Below, piece by piece: positions 52,412 through 64,000 of a stretch of 64,000 bases of DNA. The notes beneath the pieces are model-generated. The model did no database searches. It saw only the letters and a list, made by a program, of their open reading frames with translations, and had not been told where the DNA came from. Position 1 is the first letter of the stretch. Every line of letters starts with the position of its first letter. Position numbers and translations under genes: made by a program. This DNA is from Adineta vaga (lineage: Eukaryota; Animalia; Rotifera): NCBI GenBank assembly GCA_021613535.1, contig CP075494.1, forward strand, positions 10,726,001-10,790,000. Reading direction: 5' to 3'.

Positions 52412-53396
52412 CTAAGCAACAAGAAATTTTAAATACAATTTTAATTGATTGTGAAGAGGAAGTATATTGATTTGATCGTCGGATTGGAGATTCGATAACA
52501 ATGTCGAACGACATAAACTTCGAAGTGTACTTGCTAGAAAGAAAAACTCTAGTTTTCGAAAAGTTCTGCGAAATCGACAAATACTTACGTCCATAGAGTT
52601 GAACAATTCGAACTCTTGTTGTACCACCATAAACGTCAACAAACGCCCAAAATTTTGTATGTTCATTGATTGGTTTCGGAGAGTTCAGAAAAGTTCGTTG
52701 ACGTTTTTTTGGTGGAAAATAGATTTCATCAGTTTCAGTTACTGATGATTCAGTTTGTAGAATTGCAAAAGGTCCATAGTCGAATCCATTCAATATACTA
52801 TGCATATGTATGGATTTATATTTCAAGGCATAAACAACACCAATTCGACTACCAGTACAAGATGGACATATGTTAGCATCATCACTTTTTGCTTTTCGTA
52901 TAGACTCGAGCTCTTGTCGGCGCACTGAAGCAAATGGGGTATGAATATAAGTGTCAATACTACCAAAATTAAATAAGGGTCGATCTAGTCAATAAAAAGG
53001 TAGATAGTTGTTTCGTTCGATAGGACAGTAATACTCACAAAAACCACATGTACACGTACACTGAGTAATTGCTTTACTTGGTACTAAAACGATGGGAATG
53101 ATTTTTATATGAATTTCTCGTTTCTATCTATTACCTGTCATATGAAAAATATGATCATAGATGACTTCTTCAGTACATCGTTCAAGAATTTCATTTGGTG
53201 AAAGAGATGTAAATCCAATCTTCAAATGACCAGTCCATCGATCAGTCGTATCCTGTATTTCGATTAGAAATAACTCTCCAGGACACAAAGGTCGTTCAGA
53301 AAAAACCATGGCATGTGAAAATGAATTGACTCGTGTTGCACAAAGACGTTGTTCATCAAACGAAATATTCTTGCCATGTTCTTGATGAAAACGCAT
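52412..53396 (-). CDS. NEURL2: Neuralized-like protein 2 (NHR domain plus SOCS box)
   Basis: RFHQEHGKNI..ATRVNSFSHAMVFSERPL and WAFVDVYGGT. Last exon TLRSLCRSTL..INILPLHNQLKLYL is a SOCS box. Confidence 0.85.
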
Positions 53397-53549
53397 TGTT
53401 TAATTCATAAGCAAACAAGAAATCGCTTGGTAAATCTCATTGGTTTTAAATATAAACCAATCAAAATCGAGGTATTCGTATTGATAGTAGCGACTGTCCT
53501 CTTCTCAAATTATATCAATGAAAAAAAAAAATCGAACGTTTTTATAATT

Positions 53550-55488
53550 ATGTTTCGAACATACATACTTTTTCTTCTGGCTGCGCTTCAACGCACAATC
53601 ATTTTTTTTGTTTTAGATAGACACCAATCTTTCTCATTCCCAATGTTCCGTAAATCAACAAGCGGTAGTTATTGGTTCATATTCCTACAGTGTTTTTTTA
53701 CATTGAAGTTTTTGTTTATTTAGGTGATTTTTTATATATTTTATTGTTTTTTATTTGTGTATTACAAATAAATGTCCATGCAGAAGAAGAAGAACGTATT
53801 CGAGTGCTGGAAAACCGTATCAAAGATTTAGAACAACAGTAAATCGTTTGTATTTTGGAAATATTTTCATTGAAATTCTTCTTGTAGACGAAGACAATAT
53901 CCAGAAGTAAAATTTTTATCATACAAAGATCGAAAACGAATTTTAGTATGTTTGCACCTCATCGAAATCTTTTCCTTTTCTATTAATCTCTACGTTTTTA
54001 TAGGTTACTGGTGGAGCTGGGTAAATTGATCTGTTAAATTGAAGAAATTTATTCTATTTTCCTTTTCGAATATGAATAGTTTTGTTGGTTCACACCTTGT
54101 CGATCGTTTGATGTTACAAGGACATGAAGTAATTGTTGTGGATAACTTTTTTACTGGTCGAAAACGAAATATTGAACATTGGGTTGGTCATGAAAATTTC
54201 GAATTAATCAACCATGACATTGTCAATCCACTATATATCGAAGGTAAAAAATCTATACAGCGATATAGTTTTATCTCAAGGTTTCTTACTTTGTTTTAGT
54301 GAATGAGATTTACCATTTAGCTTCGCCAGCTTCACCTCCACATTATATGTACAATCCGGTGAAAACGATCAAGGTTAATTCAATAGGAACAATCAATATG
54401 CTTGGTATTACTTACAAAAAAAACATCAGATTTAGAATAGAAAAAAATTCATTGATGTTCTATTCCAATAGGTTTAGCTCGTCGTGTTCGTGCTCGTCTT
54501 TTATTTGCTTCAACAAGTGAAGTTTATGGTGATCCAGAAGTTCATCCACAAAAAGAATCCTATTTCGGTAATGTAAATTCATTTGGACCACGAGCATGTT
54601 ATGATGAATCGAAACGAGTTGGTGAAGCTATGTGTTATGCATATGCTCAACAGGTTTGTTATGAAAAAATACGAAAGAAATTAATCTAAATGAGATTTCT
54701 TTTTCATAGGAAGGTATTACTATTCGAATTGCTCGAATCTTTAATACCTATGGACCACGAATGCATATGAACGATGGACGTGTTGTTAGTAATTTTGTTT
54801 TGCAAGCATTACAAAATGAACCAATTACTGTAAATATGAAGTATTGAAATTTATGAAAAGAATTTTAATATATTTCGTTTTTAGATTTATGGAAATGGTA
54901 AACAAACACGTTCATTTCAATATGTAAGTGATCTTGTTGATGGTCTTATTGCTTTAATGAATAGTAATTATTCAATGCCAATGAATTTGGGTAATCCAGA
55001 TGAATACAAAATTGAACAGTTTGCAACAATAATTCGAGAAATAATTGGTATGTTTGATCTAAAATAATGTAAAAATTAGATTCACTCGAAAAAGATTCGA
55101 TGAATAGTTTTCTTTGATGTCGTTCGTTTTATTCATTGAAGTGTAGTATTAATAAACAATTTCATTTTAGGTTCAAAAGCAACATTAAAATATAGTGATG
55201 CAGTTGTTGATGATCCTAAACAACGTCGACCAGATATCACTTTAGCTAAAACATGGCTTAATTGGGAGCCACGAGTATGATCTTTTTTTTTTCTTCGAAA
55301 AAGATCGAAAATATCAATTCTATTCTTTCAAGGTTTCACTTAGTGAAGGTTTAAATAAAACAATCGAATATTTCCGTAATGAACTTCATGTAAAACATCA
55401 TAGTGAACGCAATATTTATTTTCCAAAAGAATGGTTACATACACCAGACATCACAACTGTAATCTCCGATGATCACAAAGAACTTTAA
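53550..55488 (+). CDS. UXS1: UDP-glucuronic acid decarboxylase (UDP-xylose synthase), multi-exon
   Basis: RKRIL|VTGGAG|[50 protein letters not shown] and [10 protein letters not shown]. Confidence 0.96.
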
Positions 55489-55620
55489 TTTTCTTTTTGA
55501 ATTTGAATTTTTCCAGTTTTAACTGTGATACTAATTTCTCATTAGTTTAAATAGATAATTAACATTTTCTTTTCCATTTTTTCAATTCAATAGTTCTCTT
55601 GTTTTTTCTTTTTAGATGAT

Positions 55621-55836
55621 ATGTACTGCATTCAATGGCTTTTACCGTTATTTCTCTTACCTCATCCAATTTTACCCAGTATTCATCATAATTTATTTCT
55701 GGTGCTTCATTTGCTCAATTTTTTAATTGAAAAACGTCCTTGTAACATATGTTTATTTGTTTTTTTTGTTGCGACTATTCTATTTTGTTATAATTCTTGG
55801 GAACAGTGTATACTTTGGCCACTATGTTCAGGATAA
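55621..55836 (+). CDS. BLCAP: Bladder cancer-associated protein (BC10) homologue
   Basis: MYCIQWLLPLFLLP..LLNFLIEKRPCNIC..CYNSW matches BLCAP MYCLQWLLPVLLIP..LLSFLLERKPCTIC..CYSCW. Confidence 0.92.
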   Translation: MYCIQWLLPLFLLPHPILPSIHHNLFLVLHLLNFLIEKRPCNICLFVFFVATILFCYNSWEQCILWPLCSG

Positions 55837-56188
55837 TTATGAAGAATTCAACGTGAAAAATATCCAAACTGTGCTATTTTTCTATGCCAAGTTCCAAAAT
55901 ATTGAAATTCATCTTAGAAGAATGTTAAATCTTGTTTTATTTTCAATTGTTTTTGATTCGAATGAAAATAAATCAAGAAAATAATTTTCCAAAAAACCAT
56001 TCCCTAATCATATGTGTGTGAAATTGAAATTTAATAATAACCTTTTGTTTTCTGTTTATATGTAATGACTAAAACGTATCTTGTTGATTTATGACTAATA
56101 AACAAAGTTGTTTCGAAAAGAAAAACCTATCTTATCTTTCATATAAAGTAGTATGATCTCGTTTATTTATCTTAGTTTTCATTTTCAG

Positions 56189-57838
56189 ATGAGTTCGACG
56201 CAATTATATAATGTACCGATTATATCCGGCGATCTTCGTCGGGCAGAATTTGTTAAACAAATCGCTGATACATTTGACTATATGGATGTCATATCACAAG
56301 ATATGTTCAATCGTATTGCTATTCGTTTAAATGTTTATCGTGCGCAATTAAATAAATTTGACGAACGTATACAACATGCAAATACACATATTGATCGTGT
56401 CAAAGGTTCAAAACGTGCTATTCAAGTTCATTCAAGTGCACGCTATCCTGTTGAACAAAATCGTTCGACATATAAATCGATTTTTGAATGTGATTATGAA
56501 AATGAAGAGAATAAACCACCGGTGTTACATTATAATTTATTTCGTTTAAATGAAACTGTGGATAAATTTATTGATCCAAATGATAAAGGTTCGAAATCGA
56601 ATGATGATACATTAGTCATATTAAAACAATACGATGATAATTTTATTCAGAAAACGAAACGAACAGTTCTCAATGGATTAGGAAGACCACCAACAAATAT
56701 TAAATCAGTTGTTTCATTTCTTAAATATAATACACAAGAAAATCCGTAAGTGATCAACGAGTATCTGTCAATTAGATGATCACTTTTTACATTGTAGTTA
56801 CACACAACCAACAAAAATCGATCCGTTGAATGTAGGTGGTCGAGTACGAAAACCAATTGAAGAACCTTCACAACCACGTATGATTATTTTCTCCAGTATT
56901 TTCAAATAGATCCAACTTGATTTGTTTTGCTTTTCTGAAAGGTATTGCTGAAACACCATTACCTGCTTTCTATAAACAAATGTCTGAACGTCCGACAATG
57001 GGTGATTTTGGTTATAATCCAACTTTGGGTCTTATTCCAGAAATGTCTCTACCAGATAATTTACCTGAACTTGGTAATTTTGCTACATTCGATGATAATA
57101 CAACGATTGATTGGACAAAACAACAAATGACATCAATTGCACCTTCATTAGCTATTTCAATGTTACCAGACATTAATGATTTATCATCAACGATGACATC
57201 TATGCGTGTAATCGAACCTCCGAAATCAGCAGGTAAAACTTTGTTTACCAAAAAAAGTTTATTTTGTATCTTTCTTTTGAAATTTAGCACCTGCTCCTCC
57301 ACCAGTTGATATTCCAGCAATTATTCCTCTAACATCTGCTTCGACTTCAGTTCCTCCTCCAGCACCGCCACCACCAGCTCCACCATTACCATCTACAGTT
57401 CCTTCAGTTTTAATTCCACCAACAATCAACAATGAACTCCCCACTCTAACAGATAATATTGCCAATAATAACGACAACGGCAACGGCAACGGCGGCGACG
57501 ATGATGATGATGGTGGTAATCCTTTACTACAACAAATTCGTGATTTTGCTAAAACAAACAAACTTAAATCTTCTGCACGATCAAATCCAGTTGATGAAGT
57601 TCCATTGCCAAGTTCGAATGATCAAGAAAGTATTATGGAAACGTTAAAAAAACGTTTAGCTCAACGACGTGGTTTTATTGGCGGTGAAACTTCTTCATCG
57701 TCAGCACCACCTCCGTCTACGGGTAGTTCAATGGTGGATGCGATTGCTGTTAAAGCAAAGGAAATAGCCGAGCAACAACAACGACAAAAAGATGATTCAG
57801 AAAGTTCTGATAATGGCAACGAAGATGATTGGGAATGA
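56189..57838 (+). CDS. WASHC1: WASH complex subunit 1 (WAHD domain, poly-Pro, WH2/central/acidic), multi-exon
   Basis: YNVPIISGDLRRAE..KGSKRAIQVHSSARYP, GLGRPP.NIKSV.S.L..NTQENPY, LPDNLPEL, LKKRLAQRRGFIGG and terminal EDDWE. Confidence 0.92.
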
Positions 57839-58834
57839 ATCAATTGATTACTTTTAAAATTAATTTATTGATTATCTTTTTTTTTCTCTTGTAATTTATT
57901 TTGCTAATTAAAATATTCATACACATACATCTGTAACCTTCATTGTTATTTTGTTTGATTATTTTAGAATGAGCTGATAATCATCCGATGTTATTCTATT
58001 TATTGTAGAGATAGGAAGAAATCAATGGCTGTGTAATGATTTACTCATCAAATACGTATGTATACAGATATATGCGCTTCTTTAAGCAGAATAATTATAA
58101 ATAGATCGATTAATTGAACGAAAATGTTGACATTTCGTTAGTTAGAATTGGGATTATTAAGCTCATACACAACTGTCTATAATGAAGTTAATTATGAAAA
58201 AAAAACGATGAAGAAATGTGCAAATAAATCAATGAATAAACATATGTGCATCTATATCCGCGATGGATAGAAAGGAAGTTATATAATGAGAAGAAATAAG
58301 TCTCTTTTGTTCTGTAGATGTGTATGTGTTATATCGTTAAATAAACAATCGAATTCATTCAAATGGAGAGGATAGGACTCAATGGATTGAGTTTGAGAGT
58401 GTTTTTTTTATCTGAATAAGAACGGAAGTTGTATAATTCTTTTCTTTTCTTTTCAAAGAACAAAGTAGATATAAGCAAGAAAAAAAAAGAAAGAAAAACA
58501 ATAATGTTTTATTTTCCTATGTTACCTGTTCCATATGTATTTTCTCTTCTCTTCTCTTCTCTTTTTCTTTCTCTCTTTCTTTTCTAGATATCAATGTTTG
58601 ATCTTTTCTTTCTATTTGATCAGAAATCATTGGCATCTGCTTGCTCATAAATCATCTTCAACCAACGGCAGAATTATGATGAACGTAATGACAAGGTCAA
58701 AGAATTCTATCGACTAATAACGAACACTTCTTCAAAGTTGGAAACAGTTCAGAGAAAATTAACAACATAGAATTCTCATCAAGGTAAATATCAATATTAG
58801 TTCTTTCTATTTACAAATCGATTCATTTTTCAGT

Positions 58835-59710
58835 ATGTCAAGAAAATCTAAATCATCAAATGAATCAACGACAAAGAAATCCAAAGATAAACCAACATAC
58901 AAAATCATTGTCTTAGGAAGTGGTGGTGTTGGAAAAGTAAGTTCAATATTGTAAGATAAGAATTCTTTTAAGTTCCATATGTCTCATGCTATGATGATGT
59001 TCGATATGTGATTATCAGATATTTGTATATCATACTCATCTGTCATTCATTAAATGACAGCAGGAAGAGTACATGTTCATTAGATATGATGATACTCTTA
59101 CACTAAAAGAATAACATGATGATCAGATCTGGAAATCTTCTGATTGATTGATTGATTGATTATTTTTCTTTTCTAGTCTGCAATAACTATTCAATTTGTA
59201 AAATCATTCTTTTTTTCGGATTATGATCCAACTATTGAAGATTCTTATGTAAAACAATGTTTAATTGATGATCAATTAGCTCAATTAGAAATTCTTGATT
59301 CAGCTGGTCAAGAAGAATTTAAGCCTATGCGTGAGCAATATATTCGTGTTGGTGAAGGTTTTCTACTTGTATTTTCTTTAACTGATCGTCATTCACTTGA
59401 AGAATGTTATAAATTACATCGTGATATTATACGTATCAAAGATTCAGATAATGTTCCAATATTATTAATTGGAAATAAATTAGACATACGTCAGATGGAT
59501 CTCGATATTCAAGCACGAAATGCTGCTATTGCAATGCGAACACCTTATTATGAAACATCAGCTCGTACGCGTTATAATATAGATGAAATCTTTGTTGAAC
59601 TTGTTCGTTTAATACGAAAAAATAAATATCAAAATCAACTGATGAATGAAATGTCTCTTGTTAAACAACAACAGACATCTTCTTGTTGTTCTTTTTGTAG
59701 TATTTTGTAG
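58835..59710 (+). CDS. Ras-family GTPase, R-Ras/TC21-like
   Basis: GSGGVGK|SA, effector loop [26 protein letters not shown], CaaX CSIL with upstream Cys. Intron 58937-59176. Confidence 0.9.
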
Positions 59711-59789
59711 ATTTGTTTTCTTTTTGAATTGTTAGTTTTATCTTCTTCTTCTTCTTGTTTTGATAAAGAAAATGAAAATCTTTTTTTAG

Positions 59790-60590
59790 ATGAAAGATAA
59801 TTTTCATGAACAAATTCAAGTTCTTCGTGCAATATTTTCTCGTTCAAATGAAATTGTCTATGATGATCTATCGGAAAGACTTACATACAATGCATTCGAT
59901 GATCAATTACAATGTGTCGCCTTTTCAACGAATGTCTATGCAAATGATATGATCATTGTAGATAGTAATGTGTTAACAAATGATGAACTTAAAGAATTAA
60001 GAGCAAAAACATATGTTACAACAACATTATACGATTTATTTACTACATTAAAAGATTATTATGATCATTTAATGATGAAAAGAACCAAAGAGAATTTATC
60101 ATTGATTGAAAATACAGTTTCGATGTTGATGAAAATCGATCATATGCGTTCACCGAATGTTTATATGAAACATCTTGATCAATGGTCGAATCAATTGAGT
60201 ATTACTGGTCGAGTTTTAGTTCTATCACATCCTATTTTTATACTAATCGAAGGAACGAATGAAAATATTAGAGTGAGTTATGAAAACAATAAAAATACTT
60301 TGATATAATTAACTTTCTTTTTAGAAATTTATTGTTAGATTAAAAACTGAAACTGTTGATATTGATAGTCGAGGTCGGCCTTGTAAAGAACGTTTATTAA
60401 CCCAACTAATTGAATTAAACAATCATTCATCCAAGTAAATTATCAACTTTTCAATTCTATTCATATAATCCATCGTTTTCTATTTAGATTTACGAATTTT
60501 CAAAGAATCGAATTCAATAATCATCAGGAACTTCTTTCATATCTAAAAAATCATAATTATGAACAACTACTCGATTGTATTACACGTTGA
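59790..60590 (+). CDS. RWDD3: RWD domain-containing protein 3 (RSUME)-like, 3 exons
   Basis: IDHMRS..Y.KHL..WS..L.ITGR..ILIEG..VDIDSRGRPCKERLL matches the RWDD3 C-terminal domain. Confidence 0.8.
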
Positions 60591-62060
60591 GAAAGTGTTC
60601 AACAGCATGAAATGAATTCATGAAAAGATGTATGATTTTTAAATCTTAAATCTGAAGTAAACCGTTATTGATCAATTGAATACTATGTTATTTCTTCTTG
60701 GATCGATCAATTATCATATTATATTTCCAAACATCAACGATAACTACTCAACTAATGATATAACTTTCCAAAATCAACAGAATTTACTTCATGAAAACTA
60801 TCAATCATATTTATTATAATATATATATATATATTTCTTAATAAATACTTTCTTAAAATTCTAATGTTTTATTACTCTGAGAAGGTGTTGTTTTTTTTTT
60901 GTTATAGTCTTTGACGTCAATTTGCATCATTTTCATTGAGAAATTAGTTTCTTATAAATGAATGCGTTCCTGTCAATAGCGTGTCAAATTCTTTTGGCAG
61001 GATGTCGCTTCGCGATTCAGCATATTTAAGTAGATTGATAGTATTAGATCAAGATAAGGAGAAGAAGAAAGAGCGAGAAAAAAAGGATATCCACCTGATT
61101 TATTGATGCTAAAATGATCTAAGATGTTGGTGACATTTTCTTTTGCCCGATTTCTTTTTCCTATAAAGATGGTTGTTGAACATTTATTAATCTAGAAAGA
61201 TGAGGGGAAAGGCGGAGTTAGCGACATGCATATATTTGATTATCAATTAGGTGAAGATTTCATGAACTTGACGAGAGAATTGATTAGATCAAAGGTAAAG
61301 TACAATCATTGTGTGTTAGCTTGAGCGCTTGAATGCAGACGAAGAAGTAAAAGATAGATTGTATTAGATGTCGAAATCAGTTCTTTTTATTTTCTCTCTC
61401 TCTCGTTGCCTCATTTTTTTGTGATTGATGATGTCGATTACAAAACAATATCAGTATAGATTGATCGAAAAATCGAATATAAAATCTATTCGAACTCTAG
61501 TCAATTCTTTCCTTTTCTTCCAGATCTCTTTCTCCGCCTCTTTCTTCTTCTTCTGTCTGTTTCTTTATCGACATGTTAAATGTAAAGTTATGGCTGGTAA
61601 TCGATCATACACAGCTATTTCCAATAAAGTTGTCAATGTATGTATATATATATGCGTATGTAGACGCAATCATTCACTAGGCCGTGACTTTATAGTTAAA
61701 TCGATAACATCATGATCGGAACAAATATTCGAAGTAGGAAAAAGGCAAAATAAAAAGAATGTAGGAGTAAAGAAAGATTTTTTATCCAGCTTGGTTATCA
61801 GTTTGCACATTCACTTGTTCTTTCGTACACAGACAAGTCAGAACTATATATATATATATATACATTAACAGATGTAAGTAAATACGTACACATACACATA
61901 CATTTTAAATCGATATAAAACAAATCATTGAACATGTAAATTCATTTCAGATCTAAATAATTTTTTCTATCCTGTTGCCGGAACGAACAGGTAGGACGTA
62001 TTTATCAATCAATGAAAAGGTTTTTATCAGAGAAAAGAAAACTTCATTTTTAGACAAAGA

Positions 62061-63690
62061 ATGACGGCAACAAGTAAAAATATTGAATTAATTTTGAAAC
62101 AATGGACAACATTTGATTTAAAAACGACGCAGGTAGTATAAAGACATTCTTGATCGTCTGAGTTGAACTTATCAATTAACTTTATCAGAGATTACTATGT
62201 AAGATGAAGACTATTGGGTAATATCTAGTTGATATTGTCCCATTTTTGATAGAAATGTTGTCAACTTTCTTCCGGAGTTCGACAACTAATTATCAACATA
62301 GATATTCGCGGTCGGTTGACGATAATCGATTGAATTGTGCCCTGTAGAAATTATCGTTGACTCGCCTACTCAACTTGTGTTGTTCTTCTAGAATACTCCT
62401 GTGATTAGACATCTCTCTCTCTCTCTTTCTCTCTCGTTCGCTTGTTCGTTGCCTACTTATTAAGCTTGTCAATGAAGAGACAAACAGATATATCGTCTTT
62501 TCAGCAATCGTTCGTTGACTGTTGTTTTAGTAAGTATCCTTCTTTTTCTAGTAAGAATTGAGACACGTAATGGAATGGCAAGTGATTGAAATTATGAAAT
62601 AGAACTACTTGATAGATATATGTGAAACAATGTTCGTTTATTCTTTCATGAGAAAAGTAAAAATCCAAAATTCCTTTGATGATTGCTTTTATATCAAAAC
62701 TATTGCTTTTTATTGTTCTTTTTCTTTTCTTCAAATCATTCGATCGATATGAATAAGTAAGTAGAGATATGTATGTTGGTATGTATTTTAAAACCCGAAG
62801 AAATCGTATCTTTTTATATGCGTTTACATCTATGTTTGTCTATGATGATTGATTTGAGAAATCTACAGTCAATGTATATGCATATGATAAAACTTGCCGT
62901 TGTGTTTATTGGTATAGCCCATGAGACACTTTGTAGTCAGTTATTGACACACATCATATAGACAAAGATAAGAAAGAAGTTGTAAGAGAGACGAACAAGC
63001 TCTTTTCTCCTTGTATTCGTTTATCAAGCCAAAAGAAATAAAGAGAAAAGCGACATTGACTGGAGTAACTCTCTGTCAGAAGACATCGTTGATTTCTTCC
63101 TTGAGAACGAATGCCGTGTCTAATCTATATCAATCAACTCTCTTTTTCATTAACCCAAAAGACTGGATGAATAAACCTAATCTTCAATTGGCAACAAACA
63201 GTTTTGTTATTTCTTCGTTCTCACTAGAGAGATGTAGAAAAGAACAAGAGAGAGAGAGAGGGAAGAGAAAACGATATTGTCAACAACAAACATCTAATGA
63301 TCCATGATCGTTAATTATGATCATTTCCACTATCGATGACAGATAACTCTGTTTGGATATATACATATATACAGTTGAATCAATAGACAAAAAAGATATG
63401 GCATTGTCAATGATGACAATCTAACAAATCACTTTTAAGGTTAAGAAAAACGACAAGTAATTAATTGTATACAACACTTCGATTGACATAAGAAAGTATC
63501 AGTATAAGGCGTTAGAATATAGAGAATGACTGATGAGTCTTCTTTTGTTATACGAATTAAATTTATATTTTTCTTTTAGCATGATTTGGATGTAACAACG
63601 ACAGAAATTGCAAGTCGTGCCGATGAAAGTGATCAATCGAGAAAAAAATTAGTCGAATTAAGTCGTGATTTTAAGAAAAATACAAATGAA
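62061..63690 (+). CDS. CUX1: First two exons of CUX1/CASP (runs off the window)
   Basis: Exon 62061-62132 reads [24 protein letters not shown] and exon 63580-63690 reads [37 protein letters not shown], matching the N-terminus shared by CUX1 and CASP. Confidence 0.88.
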
Positions 63691-64000
63691 GTACGTGCAA
63701 ATCATATTTTTTATGTCTTAAACTAAAGAGAAAACATCAGCCATGTATAAGTGCGCATACTCTTCAGTTTACATGTATGAACGTGATGATCAGGAAAGTA
63801 AACTGATCAATTAAGATCCATAACGAAACCAATTTAAGTAACATGCCATGTTATGCACGATCTTATCATTGACTTTTTTGTTTGTCTATATTTATATTTC
63901 CATCACTGTCCTATAAATCATAAGTTAGCGAATCTATCTATACAAGACATTTTGTTTAAGCTGTCTAATAATGTAGTTAATACTATAGTTCAATGAAATT

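Noticed and set aside
60900-63500. Many ATCGAT/ATCAAT motifs around CUX1 suggesting autoregulation
   Set aside because: These words are frequent across the whole window, and enrichment cannot be shown by eye.

Overview
This is AT-rich, gene-dense eukaryotic DNA with many short (about 45-100 nt) GT-AG introns. The style (tiny introns, expanded secreted NHL-repeat genes, an intron-bearing bacterial-type glycosidase) suggests a bdelloid rotifer, but that is inference only. Recognisable genes in order: DDR-like kinase 3' end, NHL-mucin-EGF-TM receptor A, HPS1, UNC-93-like, NHL-mucin-EGF-TM receptor B, CCDC162-like, an orphan, a CCHC/Gly-rich CNBP-like gene, three tandem small secreted-peptide genes, a divergent dynein-light-chain-like gene, an NtA-like protein, RPLP1, myotubularin, a degenerate hAT-like element, DUF2961/GH172, four tRNA-Asn genes, STX16, MTAP, SH3BP5, a B-box-like CaaX protein, calaxin, NEURL2, UXS1, BLCAP, WASH1, R-Ras-like, RWDD3 and the 5' end of CUX1/CASP. 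Four observations stand out. (1) A receptor family builds its mucin stalk from symmetric phase-1 micro-exons (24 in one paralogue, 7 in the other), plus a dead exon and a third relic copy. (2) A tandem trio of unrecognised prepropeptides shares a Y[AV]W[FI]TR[DS]I core. (3) Several co-oriented gene runs have very short gaps and a splice acceptor at or near the ATG, as expected for trans-spliced operons. (4) A secreted GH172 is a horizontal-transfer candidate lying between a transposon relic and a tRNA array. Exon boundaries were read by eye and no database search was possible.
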